Source of the DNA: Bacteroidota bacterium
Lineage (GTDB): Bacteria > Bacteroidota > Bacteroidia > AKYH767-A > OLB10
Assembly (NCBI GenBank): GCA_016713445.1
Contig: JADJPB010000001.1
Coordinates: forward strand, 726,572-790,571
DNA: 64,000 nucleotides
Direction: 5' to 3'
Shown here: positions 31,824-42,851 of the stretch, in pieces
Layout: each line of letters begins with the position of its first letter
How positions within the stretch are numbered: the first letter of the stretch is position 1
Made by a program: the position numbers and the translations under genes
The notes under the pieces: generated by a model
Told to the model about the DNA's origin: nothing
The model's database searches: none
The model's input: only the letters and a program-made list of their open reading frames with translations

Positions 31824-34247
31824 ATGGAAATACAATACCAAGGAGAGCATCTTGGATTCGGAATACTTGGTAATATTTTAATTATAATTTCTTTTACCAC
31901 TGCCCTATTATCTGCTATCTCTTATTATTTTTCTTTTAAAAATAAATCGGATTTAATAAATTCTTGGAATCCACTAGCACGTATTAGTTTTTCATTGCAT
32001 GCTTTCTCTGTGTTAGGTATAATTGTCTTGATTTATTATCTGATTCATGGTCATTTTTTTGAATATTATTATATATGGCAACATTCGAATTCAGTATTAC
32101 CGCTGAAGTATATGTGGGCTTGTTTATGGGAAGGACAAGAAGGAAGTTTTTTAATTTGGAGTTTTTGGCATGTGATTTTATCTTTTTTCATCATTCATAA
32201 AGCTGGATCATGGGAAGCTCCTGTAATGTTTATTATAATGGTGATTCAAGTTTTTTTGACTTCGATGTTGTTGGGTTTGGAATTAGATGGAATTAAGATT
32301 GGTTCGAATCCATTTATCCTGTTAAGAAATCATCCTGATTTTGCAAACCTTCCTTTTATTCAGATGTCCGATTACCTAGCAAAAATTAAAGACGGACGAG
32401 GATTAAACCCTCTCTTGCAGAATTATTGGATGGTCATCCACCCACCTACTCTTTTCCTTGGATTTGCTGCAACGGCTGTTCCTTTTGCTTACGCTATAGG
32501 TGGACTCTTAACAGGTCGTGTAAGGGAATGGGTAAAGCCAGCTCTTCCCTGGACATTGTTCGGAATATTAATCTTAGGAACAGGAGTGTTGATGGGTGGT
32601 GCATGGGCTTATGAATCTTTAAGCTTTGGCGGATTCTGGGCTTGGGATCCTGTTGAAAATGCAAGTTTAGTCCCGTGGTTGGTATTAGTTGGAGCATTGC
32701 ATGTGATGATTATTTTCAACAAGAACGGTACTTCTTTACATAGTTCTTATCTTCTTTGCACATTTTCATTCATTCTTGTATTATATTCAACTTTTTTAAC
32801 CAGAAGTGGAATATTAGGAGATACTTCTGTGCATGCTTTCACTGATTTAGGGATGAAAGGCCAGTTAATTATTTATTTGATTTTCTTTTTAGTATTGACA
32901 ATTTTATTAAGCTTTAAGAATAGAAAATTACTTGCTGCCCCCTCAGAAGAAGATCCTGTAAGTAGTCGTGAATTCTGGATGTTTATGGGAATGCTTATCC
33001 TGATCATTTCAGCCATTCAAATTAGCATTACCACATCGGTTCCGGTCATCAATAAATTATTCAATCTCAAACTTGCTCCACCTGCGGATGCAGTTGACTT
33101 TTATAATTCTTGGCAAATTCCGTTAGCGGCCGTCATTGCCTTGTTGATGGCAGTGGGACTTTATTTTAAATGGAAACAAACCGATCTGAAAAGCATGTCT
33201 AAAAAGCTTATGCTTTCATTGGTAGCATCTTTAATCATAACCGTTGCTATACACTACTATTTTCAATTTGCTCGCGTACAACTCGTCTTATTACTTTTTA
33301 CTTCCATTTGGGCTTTTGCAGCCAACCTCGATTATCTTATTCGAGTTTTAAAAGGAAATATTGCTAAGTCAGGAGCGAGCATTGCACATATGGGTATTGC
33401 CTTTATTCTTTTAGGTTCATTGATTGCCAACAGTGAAAAAATTGTCATCAGTCAGAATCGTCTGAATGTTGATTTGGGAAAGGATTTCCCAAATAATGAG
33501 AATATCCTTTTGTATCAGGGCGACACTTTACCCATGGGAGAGTATTATGTAACCTATAAGGACAAAATAAAAGACGGCATTCACATTCGTTACGAAGTAG
33601 AATATTTAAAGGCAAATCATTCTACAGGTCAATTGCGAAAGGAGTTTAGCCTTTTCCCATTTGTTCAATTAAATGAAAGAATGGGAAACGTGAGCGAGCC
33701 CAGCACAAAACATTTTGTAGAAAGGGATATTTATACCCATGTTACATATGCTGAGCTAGACGACAAAGAAGAAGCTAAGAAAGAAAACGAAGGTTATAAG
33801 CCAGGTAAGAAATACCAATTAAGCATATGCGATACCATCACCACCAGCAATAGCTTAGTGGTTTTGCAAAGTCTTAATAAAGATGTCGACAAGAATCTTT
33901 TGATGCTTCAGGAAACTGATTTAGCCGTGGCTGCAAATATCTTAGTGATGGATGTCAATAAAAAATTGCACCAAGCAAATCCAGTATTTATATTACGAGG
34001 AAGTGAAGCATTCAATCGTCCCGTAGAAATTACAGAACTCGGTTTGCGTTTTGCATTTATCAAAATCATTCCAGAGGAAAACAAATTCGAAATCGAAGTT
34101 TCTGAGAAAGTAGGTAATTCGCGTGAATTCATTATTATGAAGGCTATTATCTTCCCTTACATAAATATCTTATGGATTGGATGTTTACTAATGATTGTTG
34201 GGACTTGGATAGCTATTGTAAAACGAATCAAAAAACTGCGTAGTTAA
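31824..34247 (+). CDS. ccmF: cytochrome c-type biogenesis heme lyase CcmF (long Bacteroidota form)
   Basis: 807 aa polytopic protein; WWD motif WAYESLSFGGFWAWDPVEN; conserved His residues. Confidence 0.8.
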   Translation: MEIQYQGEHLGFGILGNILIIISFTTALLSAISYYFSFKNKSDLINSWNPLARISFSLHAFSVLGIIVLIYYLIHGHFFEYYYIWQHSNSVLPLKYMWACLWEGQEGSFLIWSFWHVILSFFIIHKAGSWEAPVMFIIMVIQVFLTSMLLGLELDGIKIGSNPFILLRNHPDFANLPFIQMSDYLAKIKDGRGLNPLLQNYWMVIHPPTLFLGFAATAVPFAYAIGGLLTGRVREWVKPALPWTLFGILILGTGVLMGGAWAYESLSFGGFWAWDPVENASLVPWLVLVGALHVMIIFNKNGTSLHSSYLLCTFSFILVLYSTFLTRSGILGDTSVHAFTDLGMKGQLIIYLIFFLVLTILLSFKNRKLLAAPSEEDPVSSREFWMFMGMLILIISAIQISITTSVPVINKLFNLKLAPPADAVDFYNSWQIPLAAVIALLMAVGLYFKWKQTDLKSMSKKLMLSLVASLIITVAIHYYFQFARVQLVLLLFTSIWAFAANLDYLIRVLKGNIAKSGASIAHMGIAFILLGSLIANSEKIVISQNRLNVDLGKDFPNNENILLYQGDTLPMGEYYVTYKDKIKDGIHIRYEVEYLKANHSTGQLRKEFSLFPFVQLNERMGNVSEPSTKHFVERDIYTHVTYAELDDKEEAKKENEGYKPGKKYQLSICDTITTSNSLVVLQSLNKDVDKNLLMLQETDLAVAANILVMDVNKKLHQANPVFILRGSEAFNRPVEITELGLRFAFIKIIPEENKFEIEVSEKVGNSREFIIMKAIIFPYINILWIGCLLMIVGTWIAIVKRIKKLRS

Positions 34248-34260
34248 TTCTCTTGATCAA

Positions 34261-34717
34261 ATGAAACTGAAAATTGGAATCGTTGGCTCTGGAAATCTTG
34301 CAACTCATTTAGCAAAAGGAATTATAGAGAGTGGGTTTTCTTTAGAATTTATTTATAGTAGAAATAAAAAAACGGGACGTTCCTTATCTAAAAAATTACA
34401 AGTTAAATTTGAAGTTGAACTACCTGATGCTACTTCAAATCCATATTTGTTGTTTATCTGTACCGGAGATTCCGCTATACAAGAGTTATTTACTCAATTT
34501 GAAAGCAAGGGTATTTTTAATTCACTCCCTGGAAGGCCTCATCTTGCAAACCGCTCGTAACGCTACACAACAAAAGCCGTCAGTGGTACAAACGGGGCCT
34601 GCTAAACGCAAAGACATGAAAACGATCAAAGAACACAGGAAGCTTCTCGAAGGAAAATTAAAAGAGTTAAAAGTTTATAATTTAATGACAGATTGGCTAT
34701 TAACTGCTAACCATTAA
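34261..34717 (+). pseudogene. Rossmann-like/DUF2520 family gene remnant: N-terminal about 90 aa and C-terminal about 55 aa present, the middle roughly 100 aa missing, plus a frame switch
   Basis: MKLKIGIVGSGNLATHLAKG… (NAD(P)-binding GxGxxA) in frame 1; …LILQTARNATQQKPSVVQTGPAKRKDMKTIKEHRKLLEGKL… (DUF2520 C-terminal signature VQTGPAxRxD) in frame 2. Total is about 150 aa against about 255 aa for the family. Confidence 0.55.
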
Positions 34718-34885
34718 CATTTATTTTTTGGGGGGTGGATTGCATCTTTTATTAAGTTGCTAATTCGCTCTTAATCTTTCAACTCATAATATATTTATTC
34801 AAAAAAATTACTTCCCTCCTCCTAATGGAAAAATATTTTTAGGTGATCAAGTCGACCAGTTGATGACCTTGGAAAAACACCATGA

Positions 34886-35404
34886 CTAACCGTGCGAATA
34901 TCCTCGATTGAATAAAGGCATTAGGATTGTGTTGTTCGATAATTTTCTAACCACCAAAATGTCTTTTCGTTTTACAACTGTCAATATTACTTTAACGGGA
35001 CCTTTAGAACCTGTAGCATCCATAGTAGTAATTCCGAAATTTTTATCCGTTAAAGAAACGATTAATTCATTAGCATTTCGCTGTGTGATGATTCGCATCA
35101 CTTGCAACCCAAGCGCAAGTCGTTCTTCAATTCTAATACCCACAAATATCCCCATCGAATACCCCGTAGCATAGGCCAAAAAGCAAACGGGATTATGTAA
35201 ATTTCTCATAATTTGTGAGATGGCCAATAACCATATCAAAGCTTCAATAAATCCTAAAAATGGAACGATATACTTAATGGATTTACTCAGAAAAATATTA
35301 CGCAATGTAGCCAAACATACATCGCACATTCTTGCTAAAAAGATAAGAAAAGGTAATATGACCCATTGGAATAAATCAGAAGTTATTAATTCACTACTAA
35401 ACAT
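34886..35404 (-). CDS. UPF0316/DUF2179 family membrane protein
   Basis: 172 aa; N-terminal TM helices (…CDVCLATLRNIF…FLGFIEALIWLLAISQIM…) and C-terminal DUF2179-like (…VSLTDKNFGITTMDATGSKGPVKVILTVVKRKD…). Confidence 0.6.
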   Translation of the reverse strand: MFSSELITSDLFQWVILPFLIFLARMCDVCLATLRNIFLSKSIKYIVPFLGFIEALIWLLAISQIMRNLHNPVCFLAYATGYSMGIFVGIRIEERLALGLQVMRIITQRNANELIVSLTDKNFGITTMDATGSKGPVKVILTVVKRKDILVVRKLSNNTILMPLFNRGYSHG

Positions 35405-36089
35405 AGGCTTTCAATATTTTATTTACAATTAATGGTACACCTTCAGTAGCATTTTGTGCAACAACTGTAAAATAATCTGGCAATTGCTGCGCATCCGCAT
35501 TGGGATCTACTAAAATTGTTGTTGCGTTCGCTTTAGTAAACTGGATTAAACTAGCAGCAGGATATACCGCAAGCGAAGTCCCTATGATTATAAAAATATC
35601 TGCACCTTGAGTAATGGAAATGGCCTCTTCCATCATAGGTACAGCTTCACCAAACCAAACGATATGTGGCCGTAATTGGCTTCCTTTTTCGCATTTATCA
35701 CCGATAAGAATACAATCACTTTGTAATGCATAGATCAATGAAGCATTGATGGTACTTCTCGATTTCATGATTTCTCCGTGCAAATGAACTATATGAGAAG
35801 AACCAGCACGTTCATGTAAATCATCAATGTTTTGAGTGATGATAGTGACATCAAACTCTTTCTCTAGTTCCACTAATGCTTTGTGTGCTGCATTTGGTGT
35901 TGCTTGGATGATTTGTTTTCTTCTTTGGTTGTAAAATTCCAATACCATTTCAGGATTCTTATACCATGCCTGTGGAGTAGCCACATCCTCTACAGCATAA
36001 TTTTCCCAAAGTCCGTCACTATCACGAAATGTTTTTATTCCACTTTCAGCAGAAATTCCAGCACCCGTAAATACTACGATTCGTTTCAC
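35397..36089 (-). CDS. cobB: NAD-dependent protein deacylase (Sir2 family)
   Basis: MKRIVVFTGAGISAESGIKTFRDSDGLWENY…; Zn-ribbon region; HG motif (…IVHLHGEIM…). Confidence 0.8.
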   Translation of the reverse strand: MKRIVVFTGAGISAESGIKTFRDSDGLWENYAVEDVATPQAWYKNPEMVLEFYNQRRKQIIQATPNAAHKALVELEKEFDVTIITQNIDDLHERAGSSHIVHLHGEIMKSRSTINASLIYALQSDCILIGDKCEKGSQLRPHIVWFGEAVPMMEEAISITQGADIFIIIGTSLAVYPAASLIQFTKANATTILVDPNADAQQLPDYFTVVAQNATEGVPLIVNKILKAYV

Positions 36090-36163
36090 GTTGCAAAGGT
36101 GATTAATTAAGAATAGGCAATTCTGCGCGGATTAATAAAAATATTAACGATTGAACGTTAACA

Positions 36164-36854
36164 TCAAAGGATAACAGCATTTGGCGAAAACACAAATCCA
36201 CTTAACAATTCATGCGTTTTCATTCTTTTCTTGCCTGGAACTTGTATTTCTACGACATTGATAAATCCATCTGCAGCACTAATTTTAAGCACTTTCTTTC
36301 CATCGGTGATCAATTCATGTGTTAAAACGGTACCTCCAGGCTCGGGAATAGCTTGTAATATTTTGATTGCAGAGATACTGTTGTCAGGCATTTTTATCTC
36401 GAAATATGCACCTGGATAGGGACTTAAACCACGAATCTGATTGTGTAAAACAACGATTGATTTAGAAAAATCTAATTTTCCATCTTCCTTGAATAATTTA
36501 GGAGCTTCTATTATTTTTTCTCCTGTTTTTAGAAAGGAATGCTGAGTATGCACCACTACATTTCCTTTTTCAATAGCATTTACGGTTTTTAAAACCAAAG
36601 CAGCACCTTCTACCTTCATCCTATCATGCAGCTCCCCTACATTCTCATTGTCGCCAATTTCCATTTCTTGTCTGAAAATAATATTGCCTGTATCAATTTC
36701 GTGCTTCAAAAAGAAAGTGGTAAGTCAGTTTCTGTCCGCGCCCAGAAGGTTTATCAGGAGCGGTAATCACTCCTACTATATCATATCCATTCTCAACTAA
36801 AATTTGCAATGAATTGACCGCAAATTCAGGCGTCCCTAAAAATATAATTTTCAT
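36164..36854 (-). pseudogene. fmt: methionyl-tRNA formyltransferase with an internal deletion of about 270 bp and a frame change
   Basis: N-terminus MKIIFLGTPEFAVNSLQILVENGYDIVGVITAPDKPSGRGQKLT joins directly to TTFFLKHEIDTGNIIFRQEMEI… (the conserved GxTTFxL / HEID motif). The roughly 85-90 aa that normally separate these, including the SLLPxxRG catalytic region, are absent. 230 aa encoded against about 310. Confidence 0.7.
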
Positions 36855-37093
36855 TTACCTAGCAATTTAATATCCAACAAGTCGATTTTTTGGCCGTGCA
36901 TGCAAATGCTCATTTGATTCTTTGAAACTTGATACTTCACAAATACCTTTAAATTATTTTGGAAAAACATAGGATCCATTTGAACTGGCTCAAAAAAAAC
37001 TGAGTCCTTATTCATCAGTAAAAACCCACATGCATCTAACTCATGATAATCTTTTACCGTCATAAGTACATAACCTTCCGGAATTACGATCAC
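36851..37093 (-). CDS. hypothetical small protein, translationally coupled to fmt (ATGA overlap)
   Basis: 80-aa ORF whose TGA overlaps the fmt ATG. Confidence 0.35.
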   Translation of the reverse strand: MIVIPEGYVLMTVKDYHELDACGFLLMNKDSVFFEPVQMDPMFFQNNLKVFVKYQVSKNQMSICMHGQKIDLLDIKLLGK

Positions 37094-37176
37094 GGGTTCA
37101 ACCTCTAACGATATTATACTTTCTTTTTTTGCCTTACATTATGTTGCTACCATCATGAAAAATAATAAAGAAGAGA

Positions 37177-38517
37177 TCAATTGTATTTCCTTGCCAATTC
37201 TTGCCATTTTCCAGTACGAAGATAAGCGTAACCAATTAAACCGAGAGTTGTCCAATATAAAACCTCTGCAAACCAAACGATTTCCAAAGTAGAAGGATGT
37301 ATATGTGTAAATAAAAAGACATAACTCAAATAAAGACACAAACTCACCATTTCGATCTTCATAACAGCCTTCGTTGCTCCGGTGCCCGAAATGCAGGCAA
37401 TAGCAATCATAGCCAAGCTAAAGGAAAGTGTAGCAAAGCAAATGACATAAAAGCTTCCTTCTGCGGCAGCATTTAACAATTCATCTGACGACACCAATTG
37501 AAATAGAATATCCTTCAAAAACACGCATATTAGGACAATCCCTCCCGTTCCCAGAAAAGAGAATTTCATGATTTTATGAGCCAAAGGAATGACATCCGAG
37601 CTTCTTTTTTGTCCAAGTAGATTTGACACCATACTATTACTGCATTCTGAAAATCCCCAAACTGGAGTCATGAGCAACATATAAACACCACGAAGAATAT
37701 TGGAAATAGCTAATTCTCGAGATCCTAACTTTTCAATCATCAGAAAGAAAATAAACCATGATCCCATTGAAAAAATATGTTGCACCATTATAGGTGTCGA
37801 CAACGTTAGAATTTGCTTGAATGTATTTAGCTTTAACGAACTGAATTTAAGGAGTTGAAATTCTTTGAACCTAGAACGTGACAAAGCATAAATCAAGGCA
37901 TAAATTGCTGCTGCAGATTCGGACAAAGCAGATGCTATACCAGCTCCAAAAATTCCAAGCGCAGGGCAACCCCAATTACCAAATACAAACAAATAATTAA
38001 ATAAAACATTCAACAACATCATCAACACGGTGGAATATGTGATGATTCGAGTTAAAGTAATTCCAGAATAAAAAGCCCGCAGGGCAACGAAAAGTGCCAT
38101 AAACGGCAAACCCCAAATTCGGCCTTTTAAATATTCTAGTACGAATTCCACAACAAATTCATCTTTCACAACCATCGACATCAGCGACGGAATAAATCGA
38201 AACATAAAGGCGCTCATCAACAACGAAAAGGAAAGAAGCAATATCAAACTATGGTCAAATAAATTTCCAATTAACTTATTTTGACCTTCTCCTGCTTTAC
38301 GAGCAATTAAAATTTGAGAGCCAATTCCGATAGCCACTGCAATCATAATTAGCAAAAAATAAAAGACTCCACCAAGTGCAGATGCAGCCAATTCCTTTTC
38401 ACCAAGGCGTGAAACAAAGGCTACATCTGTAAAATTTATTACCGTACTTGCTAGACTACTTAAAATAATGGGCCAAGCAATTCGCCAAATCTCGGAATAG
38501 GTTGTCTGTACTTTCAT
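37177..38517 (-). CDS. MATE family efflux transporter
   Basis: 446 aa, 12-TM; N-terminal MATE signature (…WRIAWPIILSSLASTVINFTDVAFVSRLGEKELAASALGG…). Confidence 0.75.
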   Translation of the reverse strand: MKVQTTYSEIWRIAWPIILSSLASTVINFTDVAFVSRLGEKELAASALGGVFYFLLIMIAVAIGIGSQILIARKAGEGQNKLIGNLFDHSLILLLSFSLLMSAFMFRFIPSLMSMVVKDEFVVEFVLEYLKGRIWGLPFMALFVALRAFYSGITLTRIITYSTVLMMLLNVLFNYLFVFGNWGCPALGIFGAGIASALSESAAAIYALIYALSRSRFKEFQLLKFSSLKLNTFKQILTLSTPIMVQHIFSMGSWFIFFLMIEKLGSRELAISNILRGVYMLLMTPVWGFSECSNSMVSNLLGQKRSSDVIPLAHKIMKFSFLGTGGIVLICVFLKDILFQLVSSDELLNAAAEGSFYVICFATLSFSLAMIAIACISGTGATKAVMKIEMVSLCLYLSYVFLFTHIHPSTLEIVWFAEVLYWTTLGLIGYAYLRTGKWQELARKYN

Positions 38518-38577
38518 ACTACTACTTGCAAAAATCAGAAAATAGTGATAGTGAATTCAACAACTTTTAAAAACTTG

Positions 38578-38979
38578 TTAAGAATTATTCTGATTCTTCA
38601 ACGAAAGATCTCCATTATATACCATTTTATAATGTGGAATATTGGCCTCATAAAATAGCTCACCTTCTTCCACAAACCCTGTCCGCTTATATAGGTTCAT
38701 CGCAGCAACTTGTGCATGTAAATAGATTTTTTTTTGATGAGGGATTACATCTTCCAAAACCGCTTTTACCAGTGAAGTACCTGCACCTTCATTTCTAAAT
38801 TTAGGTAACACAGCAAATCGTTCAAGTTTGATTCCATTTTTGGTAAAGCGCCAGCGGGCTGTTCCCGCCGGCTGCTTTTCCACCAACAGCATATAATGCA
38901 TGCTTTCATCCTCATAATCATCGTACTCTTCTTCGTGAGACTTTTTGCTCATCAACAAAAACACATTTACGAATTTCAA
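38578..38979 (-). CDS. GNAT family N-acetyltransferase (small)
   Basis: …LERFAVLPKFRNEGAGTSLVKAVLE…LHAQVAAMNLYKRTGF, a GNAT acetyl-CoA-binding core. Confidence 0.6.
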   Translation of the reverse strand: MKFVNVFLLMSKKSHEEEYDDYEDESMHYMLLVEKQPAGTARWRFTKNGIKLERFAVLPKFRNEGAGTSLVKAVLEDVIPHQKKIYLHAQVAAMNLYKRTGFVEEGELFYEANIPHYKMVYNGDLSLKNQNNS

Positions 38980-39070
38980 AAACGATGGAGGCCTTTTCTT
39001 GATCTTCTGTATTAAACTTAATTACTTCGTACATACATTCCAAATTATTCCCGAATGTATAAAAAATATT

Positions 39071-41739
39071 CTATTGTGTCAGCATTATTTTTTCATACCA
39101 TTTATTTCCAGCTGCATTTGTTAATTCCAACATATACACGCCTGAAGTAATTGATTTTTCTAAATTGAATTGGTTTGGTGATGTGTTGGATAGCCACATT
39201 GAGGAAGTGGCCACTATTTTTCCACTCAAATCCATCAGTTGGACTTGAATATTTTCTTGTTGTAATTCGTCAATGGAAAATGTGATAATTCCATTGGTTA
39301 CCGGATTCGGATAAACATTCATGATTGATTTTCTAAAGTTCACCACTCTCACATCTGAAAATTCAAATATTCCATTGCGATCCACTTGTTTCAAACGATA
39401 ATAGTTATTTCCTAATGATGGATTAACATCCCTAAACACATACGAAAGCAACGTAGTAGAGAATCCAGCTGCATTCAATTTTCCGATAGGTATAAATTCA
39501 ATGGCATCATTGCTTTTTCGACAATGAAATAATCTGAATTTACCTCGGAAGCAGTACTCCACTTTACGTCAACAAAATTTCCATTTGCTTGAGCCTCAAA
39601 TGAAGTATATTCTACAGGAAGTGGGTTTATTCCTCCAGTGGCATTGGCAAGGGTAAAGTAAGTATTAAACCCATTGAAATTATTTGAAGTGATACTACCT
39701 GATCCTGCCGATGTACCTGTTCCACCCAAATCAAGCCATGTTGAAGCCCCATTATCTCTTGCTACTCGAAGGTTTGCGGGATCCGTTACATAATCATCAG
39801 CACCATACGTTAGTGTAATTCGAGCATTGCTGAGGTTGGCGATTGCAGATCTTGTGAGATTAAAATAACGCACATCGGAAACCCATCCTAAGGATGGGGG
39901 CAATGCATAACTCATTGCACGTGGTGAAATATTCCAAACTTCTGAAACATAACTTACGGGTGTGGCATTGGTATGCTGAACAGCAAGAATAATTGGACGG
40001 AAAGAACCATTTTTCCCAATCGGCAGATTCAATGTTTGTGCAGAAGTTGAAGCTACTACTTGTTCAAAAGGTCCATCTACATAAGAAATAGACGAACCTA
40101 AGTTCGAAGAAGCTCCAGCTAAGGCCGTTACTTGCGAGCCAGGAGTGGAATACAGCACACCGTTGAGTAGTAATAGCTGATTGCTTATATTTATGTTTTG
40201 AGCTAATGCCAATCCAAAACTATTGTCCAAGTTTAGGTTGTAAAATGTAGTAGTAGTGGTTCCGCCAATCCAAAGCCCTTCGGCACCTTGAAAAGTAACT
40301 GTGCCATTTCTTGGGATGAAATTACCATTATTATAAAATGTATTCAACCCATCAAAATTACTTAATAGTCTCATGTTTTTGGTATCACCAACTACTCCTG
40401 TGATGGATCGGATATCGAATGTTTTATTCGGATCAATGTTCAAACTATTTAACACAAAGTCATCTGTTGAACCGTTACTTGTTTGAAGTGTTATAGCGGC
40501 TCCTGCTGGACCTGTTACTTTAAAATTTGGTTGCGTAGCTCCAGCATAAGGTGTGAAATTGAATACGGATCCTGATGAAGTAAATAAATTTCCAAATTCA
40601 ACAGTTCCTCCCGTAAAAGTTATATTTCCTATTCCACCACAGATATTAAAATCGCTAAGCACTCCCAAAGTACTATTCGGTTTTTGTAAAATAATATTTC
40701 CACCACTCATCGTGAAACGAGAGGAGGTGGAATTGTTTATTCTAAAAAGTTCTAGGTTGGATCCAGGCCACCCTGTGTTCAGCAACACACTTCCTCCAGA
40801 CTGTGTAAAGCGAAGTGGGTCGGTAGCATAACCCGAGCGATAGGTTATACCACCGTACACTTGCAATGATCCTCCAGCAATATCAATTACTGGAATTTTT
40901 GTAGGATTTGATTTATAGCGAATTCCTTGAAATCCTTGACTTCGACCAATACGCATTGTTCCACCTACTATGTTTAATTCACCTTCTAAATATACATAGT
41001 CTGAGTTTGGAGCAAGATGCAAAACACCTTGCTGTACTTTTATAATGGCATTTTGAGGAACTGTGAAATTTCCAATGGTTGGATTTACTAAATATGTTTT
41101 TTTATTATTGTGTATAAATGTACCATAGGTAACGATAAGCTCTCGAATGGCTAATTCAAAGTCGTGCACTGCTGCATTCAAATAGTAAGTTGTAAATTTA
41201 GATTTCACTAAACTTACACGATTTAGATCCCATGTACCCGTTCCTGAAATATTTGAATTGATGGCAGAGTTAAATGTTAGATTTACATAATCATTTACAT
41301 CCACATATAAATCAATGTCACCATAATTAACAATACTTCCGCTTATGTATAAATTATGCATTCGGGATGAGTTAGCAGCATAGCCGAAAGTTGCCCCATT
41401 ATTCACTGTTAAATTTCCAGCAATTACCATCAAAAAGGTGAGGTAATTTGAATAGAGCAATGAACCTGAAGTACCTTGTCCGACAGTAACACTTGCCGTA
41501 ACAGAATTTACATTCATAGTTATATTATGCCCATCACCTATATAAACAACGTCTCCATTGCGAGGATAGGTGCCTGTATTTACAGGATTACCAGAACCTA
41601 CAGTCGACCAAGTTGTTTTTACACTCCATAGGCCACTTTGTCTAGTAGAATAATTAATTGCACTGCTTTCGTAGAAGAGTGACATCAAGACAAGAAGAAT
41701 ACATCCTGATTCTCGGACTGTGTTGAATAAATTACACAT
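39071..41739 (-). CDS. large T9SS-secreted protein (predicted beta-helical/adhesin-like) with a C-terminal sorting domain; frameshifted near 39500
   Basis: N-terminal signal region; long N/G/T/S-rich repeats; C-terminal …NVYPNPVTNGIITFSI…SGVYMLELTNAAGNKWYEKIMLTQ* Por/T9SS CTD in the 163-aa ORF, which continues from the 754-aa ORF. Confidence 0.65.
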
Positions 41740-41922
41740 GATATGCTATTATAAACTGTAAGTTGGTGAAACAAATATGCTACCAACGCCAGAAAATAAA
41801 TTAACTAAAGCATGTAAATCTTACATCACATTACAAGGATCATGAGAATTCATTTCCCGTGTGTACTTTTTAAACATCAATTTTAAAAACACAAAAAAAA
41901 TCATGTTTAATCACTCAATTTA

Positions 41923-42798
41923 TTACAAAGTCGACAAACGGTCTAATGTCATTTTGATCAATCGGTGCATAGAACCTTCAGCATCCTTAGCATATTTTTG
42001 AGTAATGCGATTGGCAACAATCACGTTTACAGCACAACATTGATGACCTAAAAGAGAAGCCAGTCCGAACATTGCTCCTGTTTCCATTTCGAAATTCGTG
42101 ATGCGGTGTTCTCCAAAACGAAATGAATTTAAGCGATCAATCATATCTAGGCGAGCAGGTTCTAAGCGTAATTGACGCATTTGAGGGCCGTAAAAACCGG
42201 AACAAGAAGCAGTAATTCCTGCAAACGAATCAAGAGAAAGCAGATCAAATAATTTATCCGAAGATTTAGAAATATAAGACTGAGGCAAAACACCATGGTT
42301 GGGGTAATGTTTCCTAAATGCATGAATAATTTCTTCTTCTTCTTGAGTATTAGCTAGTTTATAAAAGTTCAATAATCCATCCAAGCCTAGCCCAAAGCGT
42401 GAACAAACGAAATGATCTACTTCAATTTCAGCTTGAAGAGCACCTGAAGTACCAATTCGAACCAAATCCAAGGAAGTTAGCTTTTCTTTGATGGTTCGGG
42501 TTTTTAAATCAATATTTACTAATGCGTCCAGCTCATTATAGACAATATCAATATTATCAGTACCTATACCTGTGGAAATCACAGACATGCGCTTACCTTT
42601 ATAAGTGCCTGTATGTGTAACGAACTCTCGCTTTTGCTTCTTAATTTCAATTTTTTCAAAATAATTGCTCACCATAGAAACTCGGTCGGGATCACCGACA
42701 TTGATGATAACAGGCGCTATTTCATAGGGATGCAGGTTTAAATGATAAACACTACCATCATGATTTAAAATCAATTCAGATTCAGGGATTTGTGACAT
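41923..42798 (-). CDS. nucleoside phosphorylase (PNP/UDP phosphorylase family)
   Basis: 291 aa; …HTGTYKGKRMSVISTGIGTDNIDIVYNEL… and …NFEMETGAMFGLASLLGHQCCAV… are typical family-1 phosphorylase motifs. Confidence 0.65.
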   Translation of the reverse strand: MSQIPESELILNHDGSVYHLNLHPYEIAPVIINVGDPDRVSMVSNYFEKIEIKKQKREFVTHTGTYKGKRMSVISTGIGTDNIDIVYNELDALVNIDLKTRTIKEKLTSLDLVRIGTSGALQAEIEVDHFVCSRFGLGLDGLLNFYKLANTQEEEEIIHAFRKHYPNHGVLPQSYISKSSDKLFDLLSLDSFAGITASCSGFYGPQMRQLRLEPARLDMIDRLNSFRFGEHRITNFEMETGAMFGLASLLGHQCCAVNVIVANRITQKYAKDAEGSMHRLIKMTLDRLSTL

Positions 42799-42851
42799 AT
42801 ACTTTTATCAAATAATTTTGCCTCCAACAAATATAAAAGAATCCATTAGAC

